The notes below the pieces were generated by a model, which was not told the DNA's origin, made no database searches, and saw only the letters and a program-made list of their open reading frames with translations. The translations under genes were made by a program, and so were the position numbers. Shown in pieces: positions 1 to 7,863 of a DNA stretch of 11,943 nucleotides (positions within the stretch are counted from its first letter, which is position 1; every line of letters starts with the position of its first letter). Origin of the DNA: Campylobacterota bacterium (GTDB taxonomy: Bacteria; Campylobacterota; Campylobacteria; Campylobacterales; Sulfurovaceae). The DNA is taken from assembly GCA_034722955.1 (NCBI GenBank), contig JAYEOM010000087.1:1-11943 (forward strand), read 5' to 3'.

Positions 1-103
1 GAGAGTAGCTGTCTCGTATTATTTTTGAAGTTAAATTAGTACCATTTAATAATTGATTTTTGAAGTTTGAAGATTTTTAGGAGGCTATAAAAAGCCATTA
101 GAA

Positions 104-188
104 TGGTGCGGCAGAGAGGATTTGAACCTCCACACCCGTAGGGCACTACCCCCTCAAGGTAGCGTGTCTACCGTTCCACCACTGCCGC
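104..188 (-). tRNA. tRNA-Leu, anticodon GAG
   Basis: The reverse complement is GCGGCAGTGGTGGAACGGTAGACACG-CTACC-TT-GAG-GG-GGTAG-TGCCCTACGGGTGT-GGAGG-TTCAAAT-CCTCT-CTGCCGC-ACCA. It has acceptor stem GCGGCAG/CTGCCGC, anticodon stem CTACC/GGTAG with GAG at 155-153, a long variable arm, a TTCAAAT T-loop and an encoded CCA; 85 nt. Confidence 0.97.
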
Positions 189-230
189 AGTGTAGACTAA
201 CTTATTTAACGAGGGAAACTTAATTGTTAA

Positions 231-257
231 GTTGTGACGGCATTATACCGCCACAAC
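231..257 (-). promoter_or_regulatory. Putative tRNA-Leu promoter (-10 TATAAT at 247-242) inside a 10-bp inverted repeat that may also act as the atpE 3' hairpin
   Basis: The minus strand reads GTTGTGGCGG-TATAATG-CCGTCACAAC. The arms pair with 9 Watson-Crick pairs plus one G-U. TATAAT is followed by GC-rich GCCGTC (discriminator-like) and lies about 55 nt upstream of the tRNA. Confidence 0.6.
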
Positions 258-274
258 CTTAATCTCTCTTTGAA

Positions 275-583
275 TTAACCGATGAATGGGTTAGCGTAGA
301 GAGCGATCAATGCGATTACCAATGTATAGATAACCTGTGCTTCGATCATCGCCAATGCGATAAACATTGTAGTCATTAGTTTACCACCAAGACCAGGGTT
401 TCTAGCTGTACCAGCGATAGTTGCAGCAGACGCACTACCCATACCGATAGCACCACCAGCAGCAGCGATACCAAGACCTACACCAGCAGCGATCACTGAG
501 TATGCTTTGATCATAGATTCGCCATCATCACCAGCGAAAGCAACAGCACCAAGTGCCAAGAAAAGTAAGAAAAACTTTTTCAT
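275..583 (-). CDS. atpE: F0F1 ATP synthase subunit c with N-terminal signal-peptide-like extension
   Basis: Two hydrophobic helices with GGAIGMG, the polar loop ARNP, and the ion-carrying Glu in AMIEAQVIY. SD AAAGGA at 595-590. Confidence 0.97.
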   Translation of the reverse strand: MKKFFLLFLALGAVAFAGDDGESMIKAYSVIAAGVGLGIAAAGGAIGMGSASAATIAGTARNPGLGGKLMTTMFIALAMIEAQVIYTLVIALIALYANPFIG

Positions 584-735
584 ATTATATCCTTTAAATT
601 AGATGGGTTTTGAGTCTCCAATCGACTATCTCTCCATAAGTCTGTTCGGCTAGCGTAAGCATATCTGCAAAAGATATACCAATATTGACATAAATGCCTA
701 TATTTCCCTACTTGTCACTTCGTTAAGACGGCAGT

Positions 736-741
736 ATTATA
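736..741 (-). promoter_or_regulatory. Putative sigma70 -10 box (TATAAT) for atpE
   Basis: The minus strand reads GGT-TATAAT-ACTGCCGTC in the pnp-atpE gap. There is no canonical -35, which is common in Campylobacterota. Confidence 0.55.
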
Positions 742-766
742 ACCAATATAAGATTACAACCACCTG

Positions 767-2956
767 CTACTCTAAATATGAAGGTGTTGCCAAGCCTACC
801 TTTTTACCCTTCTGCTCCATCACAACTACATCAATCTCATCACCCTCACTATATAGTTCGGATAGGTTATTGACACGATCTTTGGAGACTTTCGATATGT
901 GCAGCAGTGCATCAAAACCATCAGGCATCTCTACAAACATACCAAAATCAACTATCTTTTTCACTTTGCCATGGTAGACTTTTCCCAACTCATAGATAGT
1001 CTGCTGTTTAGTCGGTGTATCTGCTATAGATTTGATATGATCTTTTGCAGCTTCTACCTTCTCTCTATCGTCACCTGTGAGCTTGACTCCGCCTTTGTCG
1101 CGATCTAGATCTATACTCACTTCAAACTTCTCAATGATCTCCCTGATGGTTGCACCGGCTTTGCCGATAATATCAACGATTTTACTAGGATGTATAGTAA
1201 ATATCTCCATACTAGGCAGAGCTTCACTAGGCTGCAACTCATCTTCTGCTCTCTCCATGATATCAAGTATATGCCCTTTTGCTCTACTAGCTTTGCTGAG
1301 TGCATCTTCCAAAACCTTCAGATCTATACCACCGAGTTTGATATCCATCTGTAGTGCGGTGATACCATCTCTAGTTCCTGTGACTTTGAAATCCATATCT
1401 CCATCATGATCTTCAAGTCCCATGATATCTGTCAGAACCGCATAGCGATCACCATCACTCATAAGACCCATAGCTACTCCCGCAACCAAACTCACCATAT
1501 CTATATCAGCAGACCTCAATGCCAATGAGCCTCCACATACAGTTGCCATAGATGATGAGCCATTGCTCTCCAAAACTTCCGAGACAAGACGAATCGTCCC
1601 ATCATAGTTGATATCAATAGCAGGCTCTAGAGCTCTCTTTGCTAAGTTACCATGTCCCAACTCTCGTCTTCCGGGGAAGCCCATAGGTTTCGCCTCTCCG
1701 ACACTAAAACCTGGAAAATTATAATGTACCATAAATTTTTCAGATTGGCTCTGCTTGCTTGTGATCAACTCATACTGCTGTGCATCTTTGGCATCACCTA
1801 GAGTAGCAGTGACTAGTGCTTGTGTTTCGCCACGAGTAAAGAGACAAGAGCCATGTACACTAGGGAGCAGACTAGTCTCGATAGATATAGGACGCACCTC
1901 ATCGAGTCCCCTGCCATCTGCTCTCAACTCTCTATCTAGGATCATTGCACGGACAACTTCCTTTTTATATGCTTCAAGTACACGCTTGACCAGTACCCTA
2001 TCAACCTCATCTCCTCTCGACTCCAGAGCAGAGATCACATCTTTTTTGACTCTAGAGAAGGCTGTACTTCGTTCACTCTTTGCCATAGACATGATAGCTG
2101 CATCCACAGGCTCTTTGAAGTTCTCAGAGATGAAAACATATAGCTCTGCATCTATCTTCTCCTCTTCTAGTTCGAGAGTCAAAGGTTCTCTCACTAGTGG
2201 CAAAAAGGCTGTAGTATACATATCTGTAGCCTCTCTGATCGCTTGAGCAGCAACTCCAATAACCTCGATCAACTCTGAATCTGCAAGCTCGTTGCACTCT
2301 TGGTGCTCTAGTATGATCGGTGTCTCAGGCATCAATGGATTGAGTACATCCATCTCTATATCATCGATCCTCACAGAGGACAAACTACGCATCTCGATCA
2401 TCAATAGATCATCTCCGCTTCCTACAACATAGAGATCCAGCGTACTCTCAGATAACTCTGATAGTTTAGGATTGAGGAGTATCTCTCCATCTATACGAGC
2501 GACTCTTACCGCAGCAACACTCCTAGTGATAGGAAGATCTGAAACAAATAGTGCTGCTGATGCGGCATGTAGTGCTGCTACTTGCATATCTACTTCACTA
2601 TCACTACTCACAACCATGATCGTAATGACAACAGGGTAGTAGAATCCTTTAGGAAATAGTGGTCTCAATGAGCGGTCTACTATACGAGAGGTCAATGTCT
2701 CATAATCACCAGGTTTAGCCTCTCTCTTCATAAAGCCTCCTGGTATCTTTGCCGCTGCATAAGACTTCTCTACATACTGAACAGTAAGAGGCAGAAAGTT
2801 ATCATGGGATGGCTTGGGATCGATAGCAACAGCTGCGATCAATACCGCCTTTCCAGACTGATACATCACAGCCCCGCTTGTCTGTTTGGCTATCTTGTCA
2901 AATGTATATCTCTCCTCTAGGGTGTTGGCTACTAATTCTACTACTTTTTCACTCAT
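767..2956 (-). CDS. pnp: Polyribonucleotide nucleotidyltransferase (PNPase)
   Basis: RNase PH1 (FLPLTVQYVEK, KIPGGFMKRE, SRIVDRSLRPLFP) and RNase PH2 (RADGR, FTRGETQ, HYNFP, RRELGHG, SNGSSSMATVC, EDHDGDMDFKV), followed by KH (IIGKAGATIREI) and S1 (DFGMFVE...LLHISK) domains. Confidence 0.98.
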   Translation of the reverse strand: MSEKVVELVANTLEERYTFDKIAKQTSGAVMYQSGKAVLIAAVAIDPKPSHDNFLPLTVQYVEKSYAAAKIPGGFMKREAKPGDYETLTSRIVDRSLRPLFPKGFYYPVVITIMVVSSDSEVDMQVAALHAASAALFVSDLPITRSVAAVRVARIDGEILLNPKLSELSESTLDLYVVGSGDDLLMIEMRSLSSVRIDDIEMDVLNPLMPETPIILEHQECNELADSELIEVIGVAAQAIREATDMYTTAFLPLVREPLTLELEEEKIDAELYVFISENFKEPVDAAIMSMAKSERSTAFSRVKKDVISALESRGDEVDRVLVKRVLEAYKKEVVRAMILDRELRADGRGLDEVRPISIETSLLPSVHGSCLFTRGETQALVTATLGDAKDAQQYELITSKQSQSEKFMVHYNFPGFSVGEAKPMGFPGRRELGHGNLAKRALEPAIDINYDGTIRLVSEVLESNGSSSMATVCGGSLALRSADIDMVSLVAGVAMGLMSDGDRYAVLTDIMGLEDHDGDMDFKVTGTRDGITALQMDIKLGGIDLKVLEDALSKASRAKGHILDIMERAEDELQPSEALPSMEIFTIHPSKIVDIIGKAGATIREIIEKFEVSIDLDRDKGGVKLTGDDREKVEAAKDHIKSIADTPTKQQTIYELGKVYHGKVKKIVDFGMFVEMPDGFDALLHISKVSKDRVNNLSELYSEGDEIDVVVMEQKGKKVGLATPSYLE

Positions 2957-3650
2957 CTATATCTTCCTTTTCTTTATAGTCTGTGATTCCATTCTCATCT
3001 ATGATCCTCTCTAAACTCTCAAAATCTAACTTATCAAGCTCTTCATAATAGTATTCTATCGAAATATAGTCTCGTATACGATGAGGACAAAATACCCCAT
3101 CACAGATACCCTGAAGATTGTCATACACTGCATAGTCCAATACAGGTGCTGCCACATAGATACTCCTAGCATTCATCTCTATCATAGATTTGAGTGCAAC
3201 AGACATGGTCAATCCTGTTTCGATAGATTCATCTATCAAAATAACATGCTTCCCTTCAAGAGACCGCAGTGCTACACCCTTGCGGTATTTGTAGACATAG
3301 GAGAGTACTGTATCTTCATATTTACGATTGGCTTCGCTGTAGACATAATCTTCATCTATCTCAAAAGCATCGACCAACGCTTGATTCATCACCATCTCTT
3401 CTGTTTCGCTCACGATAGCTATAGAGAGGTCATGGTTATTTGGAGCCTTGATCTGCTCTGTGAGGAGTATATCCATATCGGCTTTCAGTGCTTTGGATAT
3501 CTTCTGGGCAAAGTAGACTCCCCCTTCACTAACACCTATGACAACAGTATTTTTCAAGTCAAACATATTGAGAGGCAGCATATCGATCAACTCTTTAGCT
3601 GCCCCATCCCTATCTTTGAAAATAACACTATGGTTTAAATCGTTCTGCAT
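2949..3650 (-). CDS. Phosphoribosyltransferase-family protein (COG1926-like), divergent PRPP loop
   Basis: N-terminal FKDRDGAAKEL, VIGVSEGGV, KAPNNHDLSIA, PRPP-loop-like VILIDESIETGLT and IYVAAPV. Overlaps pnp by 8 bp. Confidence 0.85.
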   Translation of the reverse strand: MQNDLNHSVIFKDRDGAAKELIDMLPLNMFDLKNTVVIGVSEGGVYFAQKISKALKADMDILLTEQIKAPNNHDLSIAIVSETEEMVMNQALVDAFEIDEDYVYSEANRKYEDTVLSYVYKYRKGVALRSLEGKHVILIDESIETGLTMSVALKSMIEMNARSIYVAAPVLDYAVYDNLQGICDGVFCPHRIRDYISIEYYYEELDKLDFESLERIIDENGITDYKEKEDIDE

Positions 3651-3897
3651 AATCTGCTCCAGGGAATTGTCTACTTATCTCTTCGTTGCTAAAGGTATAT
3701 CGAAACTGCTCAATATAGGTGATCAATAGACGATAAGAGCTATTGATCATCTCCATATCTTTGGGGCTACCTCCCAAGTCAGGATGATTTTTCTTTGCTA
3801 AATAACGATACTGTTTTTTGATATCTTCTCTAGTGACAAGAGAAGGAAGCCCCAAGATATCCAATGCTTTTTGAATATCTGATATGATTTGGGTCAT
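3628..3897 (-). CDS. Small stand-alone J-domain (DnaJ-like) protein, 89 aa
   Basis: ALDILGL...DIKKQYRYLAKKNHPDLGG...MINSSYRLL is a J-domain with intact HPD (3786-3778). The ATG is 1 nt after the lptD stop, and the 3' end overlaps the PRTase gene by 23 bp. Confidence 0.9.
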   Translation of the reverse strand: MTQIISDIQKALDILGLPSLVTREDIKKQYRYLAKKNHPDLGGSPKDMEMINSSYRLLITYIEQFRYTFSNEEISRQFPGADYAERFKP

Positions 3898-3898
3898 A

Positions 3899-6016
3899 CT
3901 ATTGGAACTGATTTACATCACTACTAGAGACTCCTACCCCGCCAAAAGGAACAAAGTTGAGTTGAAAGCTAAATGAGTTATCCAAGATAGAATTTGCACC
4001 ATGTGTGGTCGCCGTAGGTCTCACATCTTGTCTAAATCCTAGAGAGACATTCCAGCAATCTTTATTATAGTTCATACCAAATCGCCACTGCGAATGAAAC
4101 TCATCATCGATATTGTATATAAAGCCTCCCGCTAAGCCTACTCTATTTGTGATCTGATAGACAACATTCAAGTTGACATCATTGTGTTTTTTCTCCTCTA
4201 TCACTTCGTCACTTTCGCTATAAGAGTAGAGACGCTGATATGAGTGTGTCAAACTAAGACGATACCCCTCTCCCTCCCATCTGATAGCACTTGACATCTC
4301 TTTTAACTTCTTAAATTCATAACTATAGATCAGTGAATTGTAGAGCTTCCACTCAGCAATATTGTACTGTATCTCATGCCCCAAATCACCAAATTTATCA
4401 AACTCTCTATCGGGATGGTAAAACTGCGTAAGTCTCTCATAAAATGTCAACTCTCCCTCATCATTGTAGAGATATTGACTAAATTTCAGTGCTAAATTCT
4501 CCTCCTCTACTCCTGGAGCAAAGAGTCTCTTCTGATCCTCTTCTAGTTTCTCGAACTCTACAGGTGACTCTACTCCATTACCCGGCAAACTATAAGTGAG
4601 TGAAGGCTGAATAACATGGGCGAAAGAGCTATACTTTTTGGTCAAGTCACTAAAGAGTTTGACTCTACTTACATTGTTATAGTATTGATAGTCATCATTG
4701 GTATAGTCTCCATTGCCGTACATCAATTGATTGTAATAGAGATCTTCTTTGAGAGATAGGCTCAAAAAATCATCAAAAAAACTATGTGTAAATTCGATAG
4801 GAGCATAGAACTCTGCTACCCTAAGCGTAGTACCCTCTTTACGCGTATAGTTATTCATAGTCAAGTCCATGCTATAGGTCAATTTATCCAAAATAATCGG
4901 CTTGAGATATTTGTGCAGTTGTAGTGTAGGCAGTATCTGCATAGTTGTATTGTTATCTAACAGACGGGTATCGATAAAATATTTGGCATAGAGTCCGGCA
5001 GAGTAGTCATCATTGTGGACAAAGTAGTTAAACCTAGACTCCTGTAGTGGAACAGCCCCGAAATGGCTCATAGGTTTTTTCTGAAGATAGATATAGTCAA
5101 TATCATTGAGCAGTGTAGCATTGATATACAATCCATCCACCACATCATCGCCGGCAGAGATAAATCTATCGAGTACTTTGGATGAGTCATATAGCATCTC
5201 AAAACCATAATGAGTCCTGTTTTTTACATTATGCTCCTCTACATACTTCTCTCTATCCCTAAAATATCCTACACGGATAGCACCTGCGGAGTAGGGAGAG
5301 TCAGCAAAACGAACTGTACCGTAGATACCCTCTCCTGCTTTTGTCCTGATCTGAGGTCTCAACTCTACATCCCAGCTGCGTGATGGTGCCCAGTATAGAG
5401 GCTGTTCATAGACTAAACCTGTATTTGATGTATATCCAAAGCTTGGAAATAGTATGCCTGAGCTTCTCTCTTTGTGTGTCGAAAATGCTAAATATGGTGT
5501 ATAAAAGAGAGGGACATCCCAAAACTCAACCTTCACATCTTTCATTCTCATATAGTGTGCTTCTCCATCATACTTGGAGCTATCAGCATATAGTGCCCAA
5601 TCTCTGCTCTTCACATCACAACTCGACATTATGGAGGGACCAAAAGTTATATTGTCATCCTCTTTGGTCGCACTGTCGGCAAATACCCAAATATCATTGT
5701 CATCTGTCAAAAAGAGATTTTTGAAGGTGACTTTTTTTGATTTGGTATTGATCTGAAGCTCTCTACTTTTGATCTTGCTGCCCTTGTAACCCATCAGTTC
5801 TATATTGTCACCAGAGAGTGTCAAGATATGTTTTTTGCGATCATAGTGTGCCATAGATGACTGTATCACACTATCATCATAGTGAACGACGACATTGCCC
5901 TTCGCTATTATGATACTATCTGTCGCAGAGAGATCTTCTGCCATGATTTCGATCTTTTCACCTGCATTTACCCATCCAAACAACACTACTGTTATAATAA
6001 GAAAATATTTACGCAT
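3899..6016 (-). CDS. lptD: LPS-assembly outer membrane protein LptD (OstA/Imp)
   Basis: Signal peptide, beta-jellyroll N-domain (AKGNVVVHY, SSCD), VPLFYTPY...RSSGILFPSFGY...PLYWAP signature, and an aromatic beta-barrel ending DCW...FSFQLNFVPFGG. Confidence 0.93.
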   Translation of the reverse strand: MRKYFLIITVVLFGWVNAGEKIEIMAEDLSATDSIIIAKGNVVVHYDDSVIQSSMAHYDRKKHILTLSGDNIELMGYKGSKIKSRELQINTKSKKVTFKNLFLTDDNDIWVFADSATKEDDNITFGPSIMSSCDVKSRDWALYADSSKYDGEAHYMRMKDVKVEFWDVPLFYTPYLAFSTHKERSSGILFPSFGYTSNTGLVYEQPLYWAPSRSWDVELRPQIRTKAGEGIYGTVRFADSPYSAGAIRVGYFRDREKYVEEHNVKNRTHYGFEMLYDSSKVLDRFISAGDDVVDGLYINATLLNDIDYIYLQKKPMSHFGAVPLQESRFNYFVHNDDYSAGLYAKYFIDTRLLDNNTTMQILPTLQLHKYLKPIILDKLTYSMDLTMNNYTRKEGTTLRVAEFYAPIEFTHSFFDDFLSLSLKEDLYYNQLMYGNGDYTNDDYQYYNNVSRVKLFSDLTKKYSSFAHVIQPSLTYSLPGNGVESPVEFEKLEEDQKRLFAPGVEEENLALKFSQYLYNDEGELTFYERLTQFYHPDREFDKFGDLGHEIQYNIAEWKLYNSLIYSYEFKKLKEMSSAIRWEGEGYRLSLTHSYQRLYSYSESDEVIEEKKHNDVNLNVVYQITNRVGLAGGFIYNIDDEFHSQWRFGMNYNKDCWNVSLGFRQDVRPTATTHGANSILDNSFSFQLNFVPFGGVGVSSSDVNQFQ

Positions 6017-6449
6017 CGACTACCACACATCCCGAAAATTTGTCATGAAATGTCTGCACCATTGGATTGAAAAAAGCCATAATAAACCCCAGATAAAAAA
6101 ATGTTTCACTCGCAATCCTCAGCAGAGCACGCAAAAAAGCAGTATGCAGTGGAGGTGTTTCACCTCTACTCATAGTGACCACCTTGATCTTCAAAAAATG
6201 TTTGCCCAGAGTCATACCGCTCTGCCATACAAAAAAGGTGTGATAGAGTATCTTTATCAGTACAATTGTCAAAAAGTTTTCTGTCAAGAAGAGGTTGATC
6301 GACTCTACTGTGTGAAGTTCTGATATTTGTGACCAGAAAATCGCCATAAAGAGAAAACTAATAACCAAATCATCAATAATAAATGCACCTGCTCTCTTTT
6401 TGGGCGGGGCGATATACTCTTGGTTTAACGCAAAATTCTCTTCGCTCAA
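6009..6449 (-). CDS. RDD-family inner membrane protein
   Basis: KKRAGAFIIDD, GMTLGK..LKIKVV, AFLRALLR and QTFHDKFSGCVVV. Start placed at TTG 6449, which overlaps the purD stop as TTGA. The ORF track's GTG at 6491 is the alternative start. Confidence 0.85.
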   Translation of the reverse strand: MSEENFALNQEYIAPPKKRAGAFIIDDLVISFLFMAIFWSQISELHTVESINLFLTENFLTIVLIKILYHTFFVWQSGMTLGKHFLKIKVVTMSRGETPPLHTAFLRALLRIASETFFYLGFIMAFFNPMVQTFHDKFSGCVVVDA

Positions 6450-7726
6450 GACTCTATCCGTAACGCTTGATAAGCGATATCTGTCCTGCACTGCTTGCCG
6501 ATGAAGTGTACTTGACCACAGAGCATATATGCTCTATTGTGTGCCTCTTTGATCGTATCACCTATACCAACACAGACAAGTACTCGTCCTCCGGTAGCAT
6601 ATAGTTTGCCATCATCCCCTCGACTCACACCGGCAAATGAGATATGGGCATCTGCCTCAATATGATCATGTACAATATCATCTATTATAATCTCAGCAGG
6701 TTTTGAACTCTTGTAGGGATAATCTCTACTTGCCATAACAACACCAACTGCATACTTCTCATAAAACTCTATCTTCGTACTCTTGAGATCACCGATAGCT
6801 GCTTTGTAGAATAGTTCACTTGCAGGTGACTTCAGCAGTGGCATGATCTCTTCACACTCTGGATCACCAAAGCGGACATTGTACTCTAAAATGATCGGTT
6901 CACCATCTACCACCATGACACCGATAAAGAGCACACCTGTAAATGGCATCCCCTCCTCTTCCATCCCTCTGAGTGTAGGTTTGATAACCCTCTCATCAAG
7001 CTTACGGTAGATCTCATCATTGACTAATGGCGTAGGGGCATAAGCTCCCATTCCGCCTGTATTTGGACCCTCATCATCATTGAGTAGCCGTTTGTGGTCT
7101 TGTGCAGCTGGAAGTACAATAAAATCCTTGCCGTCACAGATAGCAAAAACAGATAGCTCATACCCGTCCAAAAACTCCTCCACGACTATCTTCGTGCCTG
7201 CATCACCAAAAGAGCTGCCTGAGAGCATCTCACCGGCTGCTCTCTTGGCTTCATCGTGAGATGCTGCGATAATCACTCCCTTGCCACCGCAGAGTCCATC
7301 TGCCTTGACTACGATAGGAGTCTCTAGTCTATTGATGAACTTATAAGCATCTTCCAAAGAGTCTGTTTCGATATAACGAGCCGTAGGGACACCATGGCGT
7401 GCCAAGAAGTTTTTCATGAAGATCTTCGAACCCTCTAGCTGTGCAGCTTTTGCTGTAGGACCAAAGATCGTCAAACCTCTCTGCATAAAGAGATCCACGA
7501 TCCCATCAACCAGTGGTGCCTCAGGTCCCACAATCGTCAGATCAATGGCACTATCCTCTACAAAATCAGCCAATAGAGCAAAATCACCAATAGCTATATT
7601 TTCACCTAGCATATCTGTAGCACCATTGCCCGGTGAAAAGTAGAGCTTTCCAACATTGGGATCTCTCTTGAGTGCTAACCCTATCGAGTACTCACGACCA
7701 CCACTTCCAATAATCAATATATCCAT
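6446..7726 (-). CDS. purD: Phosphoribosylamine--glycine ligase (GAR synthetase)
   Basis: ILIIGSGGRE, SPGNG, VGPEAPL, LEGSKIFMK, VVKADGLCGGKGV, QDHKR, GPNTGGMGAY, EYNVRFGDPE and GGRVL. SD GGAG at 7737-7734. Confidence 0.98.
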   Translation of the reverse strand: MDILIIGSGGREYSIGLALKRDPNVGKLYFSPGNGATDMLGENIAIGDFALLADFVEDSAIDLTIVGPEAPLVDGIVDLFMQRGLTIFGPTAKAAQLEGSKIFMKNFLARHGVPTARYIETDSLEDAYKFINRLETPIVVKADGLCGGKGVIIAASHDEAKRAAGEMLSGSSFGDAGTKIVVEEFLDGYELSVFAICDGKDFIVLPAAQDHKRLLNDDEGPNTGGMGAYAPTPLVNDEIYRKLDERVIKPTLRGMEEEGMPFTGVLFIGVMVVDGEPIILEYNVRFGDPECEEIMPLLKSPASELFYKAAIGDLKSTKIEFYEKYAVGVVMASRDYPYKSSKPAEIIIDDIVHDHIEADAHISFAGVSRGDDGKLYATGGRVLVCVGIGDTIKEAHNRAYMLCGQVHFIGKQCRTDIAYQALRIES

Positions 7727-7802
7727 AGGCTATCTCCGAAAAAATTAAGAATTAGAAATCAAAATAGTGAAATTATTAATTTATAATTGCTAATATTTAT
7801 TG

Positions 7803-7863
7803 AACCCGAATTATGCAATAGAGTTTATGCTAGTTTAGTAATCTCAATTGCATATTTTGGGTT
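7803..7863. repeat. Imperfect inverted repeat: 25-bp arms, 11-nt spacer
   Basis: AACCCGAATTATGCAATAGAGTTTA (7803-7827) against TAATCTCAATTGCATATTTTGGGTT (7839-7863) gives 21 of 25 Watson-Crick pairs. Confidence 0.8.

Noticed and set aside
1..103. Possible integration (att) site or island boundary downstream of tRNA-Leu; small hairpin GGCT-ATAAAA-AGCC at 83-96
   Set aside because: No integrase or duplicated tRNA 3' end is visible in the window, and a 4-bp hairpin without a U-tract is too weak to call a terminator.
1117..1305. 62-aa minus-strand ORF inside pnp
   Set aside because: Alternative frame within a conserved gene, with no SD or motif support.
3081..3638. 185-aa plus-strand ORF, and the other plus-strand ORFs (899-1108, 1077-1409, 1755-2246, 3538-3729, 5380-5724, 5574-5756, 5882-6070, 5895-6323, 7416-7643, 9255-9473, 9532-9804, 10543-10764, 11008-11301)
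   Set aside because: All lie antisense to well-supported genes, have no recognisable motifs, and have the skewed composition typical of shadow ORFs.
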